NCBI RefSeq assembly: GCF_024521635.1
Contig: NW_026250409.1
Location: 62,001-126,000 of the forward strand
Direction of reading: 5' to 3'
DNA length: 64,000 nucleotides
DNA from: Tricharina praecox
Taxonomy: Eukaryota
Shown here: positions 36,801-47,984 of the stretch, in pieces
Numbering within the stretch: the first letter of the stretch is position 1
Layout of the letters: every line of letters starts with the position of its first letter
Made by a program: the position numbers and the translations under genes
The notes under the pieces: model-generated
What the model saw: only the letters and a program-made list of their open reading frames with translations
Databases searched by the model: none
Told to the model about the DNA's origin: nothing

Positions 36801-39800
36801 TACCGAGTACTCGTTCCATGGCACGCCGCCTTCGCCGCCGCCTTCGCTCTTCCCCGTTCCCATCCCCGTCCCCGCCCCGTCGCGAACGAAAGCCGCCTTG
36901 CTTTCTGCCCGACCGGCCTTCCTTAGAGTACTCTAGCATCGATCTGCCCGCCAGCGCCGCCAGCGCCGCCAGCACCGCCAGCACCGCCAGCAAAGAAGCA
37001 GTCGTCTCATCCCATCAGCCACCCCCCCCTCCTCCTCTCCTTCTTCTTCCACTTCTTATGTACATATTCTTCTTCACCTGCCTGCATGCACACTGCACTG
37101 CACACTGCACAGATGATAGCTGCGGCGGCGGCATATGCAACCCATGCGCACGAACGCCGGGTGTGGATGCCCCATTCTGCCTGTTTTGCCGCCGCACCTC
37201 GGGGCTTGAAGAATAAACGAAAAGCATAAGTAAGTCCTAGTAAGCAGTTGCTACAGTTACCCCTCTGGCGAGGCTTTGTGCAACGATCCGACGAGTCCTG
37301 TGGGGGCCAGGAGGGAGGGCGAGTGAGTGAGGGAGCGAGTGGGTGGGTGGGTGAGTGGGTGGGGTGAGGCGGTCGCTGTCGATCCTCGTGAGTTGTAGTT
37401 ATCTAGATAGCTGTAGCGGACTCCAACTCTCTCTCCACTTCTGCGTCTCGTGCGCACGGTATCTAGTAGTGTCCACGAGCCACTCGACGATAAGGATTGT
37501 GACCTTTGCATCTTTCACGTCTCGTGGACGAAATCAAATGCATCAGGTTCCCCGAGACACACGACTCGGATGGCGGGGCGCGATCGCAAGAGCAGATGAT
37601 GATGCTGGTGATTCCGTCCATTTGCAGACGTGCGGAGTGCGGAGTGGGGAGGGAGGGAGGGAGGAGTTCACACCAACCGCAGCTCTGAGCTCAGAACTCT
37701 GTCGTGACTCGTCTCCGTGATCGACAAGACAGGACAGGGCAGGGCAGGACAGAACGAGACCGGATAAGACAGGATAAGACATGACAAGACAAGTCGTCGC
37801 GTCCGCCCTGCGCGTCGGTCGGTGATCGCCGCGGCATACCGCTACACATCATACTAGGTTTACACCTGTATGTACAGTACTTTGTGTGTACGGACGGACG
37901 TCTGCTCTGGACCTCTGTGGCTTCACCGACGATCACCCTGCCCGCCCGCCTGTCTGCCTGCCATGGCCAGTCAGCCCGTGACGACTCGCTCTCCCGCCAC
38001 ATACCTGGGTAGAGCACACGCCCGGGTACATCCTCATTCACTTCCTTGGCAGTCGCCCTCGAGGCTGCTGCTGCTACTTCTGCTGCACGGTTACGTACCA
38101 TACCACATATCTAGTACCGTGTCTCGCTCCTCATCGCCCCTCCTCCGACGTACCTTCCTATGATATGTACATACGGAAGCCCTTCCCCAAACCGCCCTGC
38201 AGACCCGAGCCGATCTCGGATCGGAACGGGAATACGGCGGCGATCTGGGATGTGCTCCGAGGGCTAGTATGGAGTACATACATGCATTAGTGAAGCGTAT
38301 GTGTAGAGTAATAAGTGCATGTGTGAACTTTGAAGACATCCGGGTCTCAACTCGCACCTGCGGGTTTGCGCTGGGTGAAGGATCGGCGCCGTGTGCTAGA
38401 GTGTGCCAGAGTTGAGTGCAAAGTCAAACTTCAAACAGGGCGACGCGAACAGAGAGAGATGTCATCGGTCGGCCGGTCGAGACGCGGCGCACGTGATAAG
38501 GCGTGCAGCGAAAGGTGGAGTGATACCGTGCACTAGTTGACTGCTGATAAATCATGAATCGTGGTGCACATGCTTCACGCTCTCGCTCACGCTCACGAGC
38601 ACGTTCACGAGCTCGAGTTGGACTGTTGGACTGCTGGACTTTTGGAGATGTGAGAAGTGATCTGTCTACTCTACTCCACATACACAGACTCTATGATCAC
38701 TCCATCACTCCATCCCGGAACACGCCAGAGGGTCGGTAGATAGCGGTACTAGTAGAGTAATAGTCATCACGGGCTTGAGCTCGGGCTCGTTAATCGAGAA
38801 TCGAGATCGCGAGCTTCAGTTCTCCGCGCGCACGCTCGCTCGTTTGAAAGTTGAAATCCGTAAAACCCAGCGTCGACTGACGTATCTACAGGCTACTCCA
38901 CCGTAGATACCGTATGCATAATGCATTCAGTCATCGGAGGGCCTCGAATAGTCCTCTAGAATAGTCCTCTAGAATAGTCCTCTAGAGTACTCTACACTGG
39001 CCGGCTCTCCCAGACAAAGCCAGCCCAGGCAAACTCGCGAGTTGCGGGTGACAGCTGCGATCGACATAACCTACCTCCTACCAGCACCTACCGGTAGGAT
39101 ACCGCCAGCAACCGCATGCCGACTCCATCTACCACTACAGCCGTTGCAGCCACTGCAGCCAAAACGAAAAACGAAAAACGAAAAACGAAAAACGAAAAAC
39201 GAAGAACAATCCCCGGTCACGACCATGGCTCACGATGCATCTGTAGCCGTCTATCCGTCAAGTCGTCGGCAACAGTGGCATGTCCATCGTCCATTTCATC
39301 ATCCGCCAGTTCCGCACGATCCGCCCAGCCCGGTTCGGTCCGGTCCGGTTCGGATGTGGCTGGTTCGAGATGGAGCGAGCTCGGGTTCGGGTTCGGTTCA
39401 GGGTTAGGGATTGGGTTCGGGTTCGGACTCGGATTCGGGCTCAGATGCTACATCACGGCGTTCAAGCTTGTGACATTCCGCTTGTGCCGTATGCATGCAA
39501 GCATAGGGTACCGTATGATCCGTAATTGCCCCGGACCTGCTCCTCCTCACTCGACAGGAGATAGGAGGTAGGAGGCAGGGGAAAGGAGATAGGACTCGGG
39601 AGACAGGGCTCGGGATACACGGCAAGTATCCTTTCCTTTCCTGTCCTGTCTTTGATTATGAATTTGTGGATTTGCGACTGCAAGCCAACACGGCGAATTG
39701 CACTCGACCGCACGAGGAACTCGATCACCTACCAGCCTGCCTACTAGTAGGTAAGTCACTCTACGGACTTGGCTAGGTTGTATGGGCTGTCAAATCCGAC

Positions 39801-40708
39801 CTCCTCGACCCTGATCATGGAGACGATCGGTATCATCCAGAGTTCATCCAAAGTAGAGTAGAGTATAGTACCACAGCGATTGGAACGAAGCACTCGTTTT
39901 TTTCCCTTCTTTTTTCCCCCCGGGTATCGACCCTCCGCCACACCTTCCTCACTGTAAATCACTCGCCTCGCCTCGTCGTCGTCGTCGTCCTCGTCGTCGT
40001 CGTCGTCCTCGTCGTCGTCGTCGTCCTCGTCGTCGAGAGGACAATATCCGGATTCCGGACCTCGTTCTGGCCCCAGGACCCGGGTAGGAATCGAGTTCAA
40101 GGGCATTGTGCTCGTGACATGATATACCTAGTATTTACCGTGAGCTCGGCGGGCAGAAAAGTGTAAAAACTGAGAGAAATGCTGGAGGCCGAAAACCATG
40201 GTCGTTCTCCCTATGCCCCCTCTGCATCGACATCGACATCTAGTCGTGGAACGGGTCCACACTACTACTTACCCACGTACGTCTTGCTCTCTGGAGTCTG
40301 CCTGGCCGTTCACCATATCTTCCCGTAGTAGGTAATAGTGGGTGGTAGTAGTGGTGGTGGTATCCTATTCTCCAGCCTCCAGCCTCCAGCCTCCAGAAAC
40401 CAACTTACTCAACCAAAGGACCTTTTAACTTCAATTTCAACTCCAACCTCAACGTGAGCGCTGCCCGACAGGCCCAAAAGTGTGAAAACGGAAATAAACG
40501 TTCCTCGGCCGAAAACCATGGCACGACTCCGAAGTCTGAACGAGGACCGAAAATACACCCTGGCTGCCAGGCTGCTAGCACTGGCCGGGGGGGAGGCGCT
40601 ACCGTAACCCATCTAGCAAGTATTATGAGGTAGATAGGTAATGCAGTAGGTGGGTACCGCAGAAAACAAAAACAAAAAGATAAAACCCGAACCACGGTTT
40701 CCACCTCG

Positions 40709-40983
40709 AAAAGAGCGTCCTCCCCAACTTCCAAGGTTTTAGCCTTGTACAGCCTCCATCGATGGACCTTGGGCGTACCTAGCTAACATCCTCACCACCT
40801 AGGCACCTGGGAAATTCGCTACCACTGCTCGAGGCATGAGCCATGAGCCATGATCACTGAGCAATGGTCACTGAGCAATGGTCACTCAGTGGCCTGGTGG
40901 TTTCGCTGGTAGCAAAATGATGAACCCGCGACTCGCGAGGCGTCGATATCCCATGGGACTAGGTACACGTAAAAAATGTAATT
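40709..40983 (+). repeat. Dispersed repeat copy B (homologous to 7141-7311, expanded by insertions)
   Basis: Same colinear blocks as copy A, separated by extra 6-35 bp inserts. Confidence 0.85.
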
Positions 40984-41861
40984 GATTGGACACGACACGT
41001 TGAGCAACCCACCACGGTTATGCGCTGAGAACCCACGGATTGGTGGAAGATTGCTAAATGCTGCTTTCCCCGTGCGAACGTGGTGAAGATGTGTGGATAT
41101 GTGACAGACAACTACCACACCACAGCACTGAGCACACTCTCTCATTCTCCATATCTTGAGCCCCGGAATCTCAAAATCGAAATCTCTAACTCGAGTGATC
41201 TCCTGTGAAGACATATATCCACCATGGGCGTGAGATCTCGAGACTTCACTCGACCGACTCTCGACTGACTCCCAAGATATCACATCCTCTCTGGCGTCGA
41301 CGCGCGCACGTATGATCGAAAGCTCGTGTATGTATCCATCTACTATCCATCTACACACTGCAGCGCTTCACTACTTGGCACCAGCTGGCACGTGTATGCC
41401 GAAGTATGCTGAACCGTGCTGAACTGTGCTGCATCGTGTTGAATCGTCCTTTTGTAGCCATTACATTAAATTCCCATCCCCGATTCCCATCCCCGAATCC
41501 CATCCCCATCTCCACAGCTCAGCTCACTTGCACCATTTACACCATTTATACTACGTCTAGACTATGTAGGTACAATGTAACATGTAACTACCCTCTATTT
41601 TCTCACTCGCAGTACAATAGTACAAACACCGACTACAAACACCGACACCGACGACGATCATTACAGACAGATGCCATATACCCTATTCCTCTCATCTCCC
41701 ATCCCAACCATATTCCCCATCCCCCCACCCCCCGTTACCATTCCATCCCATCCCCCAGTTCCCATTCCATCACGCAGACACATCAACAGAAGCCAGAGGC
41801 AAGTACGTTGTAATTGTAAAATCAAAAAGTCAAAAAAATCAAAACACCCCAACAAAAGCAC

Positions 41862-41935
41862 GAAATCAGAATCAGAACCAGAATCAGAACCAGAATCAGA
41901 ACCAGAATCAGAACCAGAATCAGAATCAGAATCGG
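41862..41935. repeat. (GAATCA/GAACCA)n hexamer repeat downstream of INO80
   Basis: Directly visible. Confidence 0.9.
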
Positions 41936-42320
41936 AAGCGAGAAGGAAGGGAAGAAAAGCACGACACAAGCACGCAAACCGAACGGAAGGTAATGGTACA
42001 TGTACAATCGAACGAAGCAAAAAAAAAAAGAAGGATCCCATGATGAGAACGCGAAGAAAAAAAGTAAAGGTGAAAATGTAAAAAGGGAAACACCCCCAGG
42101 AAAAAAAAAGTAAAAGTACAGGCCGGCGCGGGAAAAAAAAGAACACAGCCAGCAAAGAAACACAGCCAGCAAAAAGACACAGCCAGCCAGCAAAAAAAAA
42201 AGGAAAACCCCAACTCAGGGAAACCAATTAACCCCCCCCCCCGCCCCCGCCCCCGCCCCCCCGCCCCCCGCCTCCCCAGCTCACCCAGCACAAGAACAAG
42301 ACCAACCCAGGAGAACATCC

Positions 42321-45300
42321 TCACATATTGCCGTCGATCATGTTGAGACGCTCCTGGGTGGTCTTCTTCTTGTTGGTCTTGCCCTTGGCCCGCTTCTTGC
42401 TTGCGCCAGAAGCAGGACCAGGGGTTTCGGCCTCGCTGGGCTTGCCAGAATCGTCAAAGCGGCCTTCTCCCTCGTGGTACCTGTAGAAAATCCTGTCAGC
42501 AAACCGAATGATATTGTACGAGTAGTAAAGGAAACTCACATGTCCTCGATGTCCACGGCCGGGACCGGAGCCGAAGGAGCCGCAGCAACCTTCTTCTTCT
42601 TCGCCTTGGTCTTCGGCTGGGCCTTGGCCTTCTGCTCCTCGAGCTCCTTCTCCTTGGCTGCGAGGGCCGTCTCCAGCGCCTCCGCCTCGTCCTTGTCGAA
42701 CAACCAGGTTGCCACCTCCCTGGTGCCCTTGAAGTCGACGCTCTTCTTGGCGCCGGGGTCCCCTCCCTGGATGACCACTCGCTGGACCTCCTCCTTCTGC
42801 TGAGCACGCTGCCGGATCCGCTCCTCGATGGTTCCTCTCGTAATGAGACGGAACACCCGCACCTGTCTGGTCTGTCCCAGACGGTGCGCACGGTCCATCG
42901 CCTGACTGTCGATGGTGGGATTCCAATCGCTGTCGTAGAAAATGACCGTGTCGGCAGCGGTAAGGTTGATTCCCAACCCTCCGGCACGCGTACTCAGGAT
43001 GAACACGAAGATATCTGGGTTGGTCTGCCAGGCATCGACCATATCGCGACGGTCCTCCAACTTGGAGGAACCGTCCAGGCGCAAGTATCTGTGATGGCGG
43101 TATGTGAGGTATTCCTCACACAGATCCATCATCCGTGTCATCTGGAAGTACAGAAGTACTCGGTGACCACCGACTTTCAGCTCCGTGAGGAGACGGTCAA
43201 GCTCGGCGAGCTTGCCCGAATCGCTCACGAAGCGTCCCATCGATGGCACCTGGACATGGCTGACAGCCAGTCTCTCCAGCGAAGGTCTCGGGAGCATGGG
43301 CGGCGGCAAAAAGTCCGCAGGATCGACCTTGTTCTCCAACAACTGCTCATCCTCGAGCGAGTTGGGACCGAACAGGAATCTCCTGGTCCTCTCGTTGAAC
43401 AAGAGGTTCTCCTGCTCGTGGACAACGCCCTGGTTGTTGCAGAGCAAGTTAATCGGCGGAGCCGAAACTGCCCTGAACGTCAGGGGGTCCATGCAGTTGA
43501 ACCTCTCGTCAACCCACACCTTCTCCGAGATCTTCAGGAGCGACGCCATAACGCCCTCCTTCGTTGCCGTAGCAACCGGCTCAGTGGCCGCAAAGTCGGT
43601 CACCAGCAGACGCGCATACCACGGCTCCCACGACTCGTCCTCGTCGTAAACGACAGAGAAACGCGCAGTCTGCTTCTGTCGAAGGGACTCGAACTTGTCG
43701 AGGAGCGTGTGGTGGAATGCTTTCGAAGCTTCCCCAACACTGGTGTCACTGAACCGAAGCCAGGAAAACACACCGTCGCGGTCCTTGTTGATCGACTCCT
43801 TGATGCAATCCGGTCTCCAGATATTGAATCGGGTGGCCAGAAGGTGGTTTCTCGAACCGTGGTTGGAGTCGGAGCCGGGCAGATCCAATCGTCCACCGTA
43901 CCTGTACACGAGACAAGGTACTCGGTAATTGATCAAACTTCTAGCCGTATACGGAACTTGCAAAAGGGGACCTTCGCGCAGGAAAGAACCCGTCTCCGAA
44001 TATGACGTCAATGCAAGCGGCGATCGAACGTCGGCTCTCTCGAAGAGATCTGGATGGTTGCAGACCTTGCGGAACTGCATGACGAGATTCATGAGGGTCT
44101 GGTTGTTATCATCACCAGCCGCAGCCTTCTCGATCAGATCCATGAAACTGATCTTGTCACGAAGACCTCTGTATAGAGCACGCTGTCTGTAAGTAAGCTC
44201 ACAGAACACGTCCTTCTCGATCTTGTCTCCAAGTTCCTTCTGCACATGCTTCTTCACACGTCGCAACATGAACGGTTTAAGGATCATGTGCAGTCTCTCG
44301 AGTTGCTTCTCGTTCAACTGGGTGTTACTCTGCGCGTGGCTTTCGATGTCCTTGGAGAACCATTCGCTGAACTCGTCATGGGAATCGAACAAACTCGGCA
44401 TGATGAAATGTAACAGGGCCCATAGCTCCTGCATAGAATTCTGAATCGGCGTACCGGTCAAAAGAAGCCTGTTGCGACAATGGAATCCGAGCAATGCCTT
44501 CCATCTGGTACTGGAGGAACTCTTGATGGCCTGAGCCTCGTCGAGAATCATGTATTGCCACTTCATCTGCGAAAAGTTGGCGGCGTCCTGAACGACCAGT
44601 TGGTAGGAGGTGATCAAAACGTGAAACGGAGAATCCTTGGTGTAAACGGGTGTCTTCCTGTCCCAGAACTTGCGTAGAATCTTCCTGTCCTTGGCTCCAC
44701 CCCAGTAGGGAATGACCTTGAAATCGGGTACGAAACGACTGATCTCCTGCTGCCAGTTGTGCAACGTCGAGGAAGGCGCGATAACTAGGAATGGACCCCA
44801 AATGTTGTGGCGCTCGGCAAGGTAAGCCATCACCGAAATCGACTGCACCGTCTTTCCCAGACCCATCTCGTCCGCAAGGATACCGTTGATACCCTGCTCG
44901 TAAAGATTGGAAAGCCAGTTCAGACCCTTCAGCTGGTACTCCTTCAGTGTACAGTTGAGCATTTTCGGCTGCTCGATCTCGACATCGTCCATTCCCGCAG
45001 GATTCTGAAAGTCCATCTCCTCGTCGGGATCCATAGTACCACCTTCGGATCCGCCGGGCTGGTTGAATGCGCGAGCTGCGTTCTTCGTAGCTTGGAAATG
45101 ATGGTGAGCGTTGGCAGCCGCCGCCTGCTTCAGTGCTTCTTCGTCGTCAAAGTCCAGATCCTCGAAATTGACTGCACTTCCCGACTGTTTTCCTTCCATC
45201 GCTAGCATCTGCTGAGCCATGTCTTGTTTCGATGAGGTGGCAGCAGGTACAGCAACCGCGTCGCTACCGGTCGACTTCTCGATGGCGTCGGTTCTGATCT

Positions 45301-47984
45301 TGTTACCCACAAAGTGAGAGTAGAGCTCGGTCTGCGTAAGAAGGAAATTAAGCTTCCTAGCCTGTCTCATGGACTCTCTCGCCTCCTCCTCCTTCTTGGC
45401 CCTCTCCATCGCCTCCTTCTCAGCACGACGGCGCATATCTCTCTCTTCACGCTCGTTCCGCTTCCAGAAACTCAACATCTCACGCATACTCCTCTTGGCT
45501 CGCGCCTGAGTGTCCTTGATGTTCTTGGTGGTCCGAAGTTTCCATCTCTGAGCTTCCTTGGCAGCGAGCTGGGCCGTCTTGCGATGGTTCGCCTGCTTGG
45601 TAGCGAGGGAAGCTTGCTGGGTGCGGTGGAGCTTGGGAATTTCCTTGCGGGCAATGTCCTTCCAGATCTGTTCGTACAGCTGGGTGTAAGTCTTCGATGT
45701 ATGTGGCACATACTCCTCTTTGGGAATAGGCTCTGGCGCTTTCGCAACGATCACGGGCTCCTCGACCGGTACGGATGGTGATGGCGGAGGCAGCTTCTTC
45801 TTTGGTCCGGGCTTCTTGCGAATCCTCCTGGTGATGGTTTCCTCCTCGACCGGAACACCACTGACGTCGGAGTCTGGACCCTCCACGCTGAGGTCCATAA
45901 TGTTCTCTTCGAATACTGGAGGCTTCTCGACCTTGCGGATTTTAAGAGGCGGTTGTTCGTCTCGGTCGTGCCGTCCGGGAGCTTGAGCAGCGACCTCCTT
46001 AGCAGCTTTCACAGCCATCTCGGCCTTGAGCTTCTTCTCCACTTCCGCCTTTTCTCTCCGACGCTTGCGCTGTTGCTCTTTCTTGCGCTCCTTCTCATCT
46101 TCGTCTTCTTTCGCCATGACTTCAGCCATTGCACCCTCGTGAAACTTCCTTCGACCCCGTTCGCGACCGTTCTTAGCAACCGTCTCGAGGTGTCCACGAA
46201 GTTGCTCCTGATAAAGCTTGAAGCGACGCTGTGGGTTCGTCTCATCAGCAGCTGCACAACGGGAGAAGGTTAACATCGCATCGGAACAGCTTTACCTCTC
46301 TGTTGCTGGTCTCAGCCTCATTTAAATCAAGCTGTCGCTTGCGGCTCTTGGTCATGTAGGTTTGACGCTGGTTCGTAAACTCATCGCTATCTTCGGTGCT
46401 GTCGGTAGCCTCTATGTCCTGGTCGATGTCCATGGCGTCGTGATACTTGAAGTCGCGAGAAGCCATTGCTTTTTTAGTCGCAGCCTGATATGCTGGTTCG
46501 TTGTCGCTGTCAGTCGCGTCCGCGTCGTAAGGGTGAGGGTACTGCGCGATCGTCGCTCTCGAATTAGCAGTGGCGTGTTGTTTTAATTGCTGTCGTGGGT
46601 GTTCCTGGTTTCGGTGGTGATGAGGTTGGTGTTTCTCGATCAGGTTGGAACGATGACTTGAGGTTGGTGTTGTCGTAACAGCAGTGGTGTGAAGGGAAGA
46701 AGGAAGGGAGGAGAGAAGGGAGGAAGAAATAGAAGTAATAGTTGTGGTGTGGTTGGTGTGTGTGTTGTTGTCGTGTTTGTTTTGAGGGTTTGTCGCGAGA
46801 GGCAAGTGTGGTGGTGGTAGTGATTGCGGCGGGTGTGCGGTTGGATTAGGGTGAGGTGGGTCCTCGGCGGTGCTGAGGAGAGCGGATATTGACATCGCGC
46901 CGCCGCGTCTTGCTGTCTGAGTGATCGTTAGCAAAGCTAGCCTTGAACAGCAGAGCACAGAACTTCAAGGTTCTGACAATATTTCACGAGGGCACCGAAA
47001 GGGGAAAGCCGTAGCTCGTCTCCCTCTCAACGTCACTCTCTCACTCTGTCACTCACCGAAGGAGTAGAAGCAATCGGCGAAGGCGGCTCCGCCTTTACCG
47101 CGCCGTAGCCCGACTGCTGCTGCTGCTGCTGTTGCTGATGTACGAGATTCATGTCGAGCGGCGATCTTTGATCGGTCGGCAGGTATGATGATACTCCGGA
47201 GCTTCGTCGTCGGCCTACGATCGCGATCGGTGAAGGCATTGGGTACACCGCTCCCTTTGAGTTCTGGTGTTCTAGCGATGACTGGTATACACCACCAGCA
47301 GCACCACCGGCTCCACCCACAACACCTCCCGCGCCACCCGCAATTCCGCCGATGACACCTCCGCCAACAATGCCACCACCGCCGCCGCTGCTGCCAACAA
47401 CCGTCGCTGCTGGTAGTGGAGGTGGTTCGTAACCGTACCGACTATCTCTTGTACCCTAGATCCAGCATGTCAGCATAAAAAAAATGCCCAGAAAATGTGT
47501 CACCTCTCTCCACGCGTAAGGGATGCGCGTTCGACAACGAGGGAGGTAGGTGGTTACGTACTACAGGTAGTTGCTGGCGAGAAATCGACTCCGTCGGTAG
47601 TGGTGGAGGTGACGGCGAGCGCGCTGAGCGTCCCCCCCAACTCGACCTTACTTTCCCTGGACGATCGACTGGATCGTAATACTGGGATCGCGACGGGGTA
47701 CCATACACGGTGGCCGCGGGTAAGGGATGCGCGGAATGACCGTTCGACGACGCGGAATGGTAGGTAGGATGGCTCGGATGCGGTGGAGGAGGATTCGAGG
47801 AGCTATGGTACTGCTGGTCGTGGCGGTCGGTCGGCGAAAAGGAGGAGCGGTGATGGAAATTGGGGGATTGCTGGTGCTGTGGATGCTGTGGGTGCTGCTG
47901 CTGTGGTTGCTGCTGTGGTTGCTGCTGTGGTGGTTGCTGGTGGTGCGGATGCCCATGATGCTGGTGGTGCTGACCGCCCGACAT
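42321..47984 (-). CDS. INO80: Chromatin-remodelling ATPase Ino80. Introns ~47457-47651 (or -47561), 46917-47056, 46229-46295, 42481-42539
   Basis: DBINO region ([11 protein letters not shown]...[19 protein letters not shown]), [22 protein letters not shown], long insertion, [30 protein letters not shown]. Confidence 0.96.

Noticed and set aside
39380..39442. GGGTT(C/A) hexamers resembling telomeric repeats or a telomerase template
   Set aside because: Only one TTAGGG; mostly a degenerate GGGTTC microsatellite
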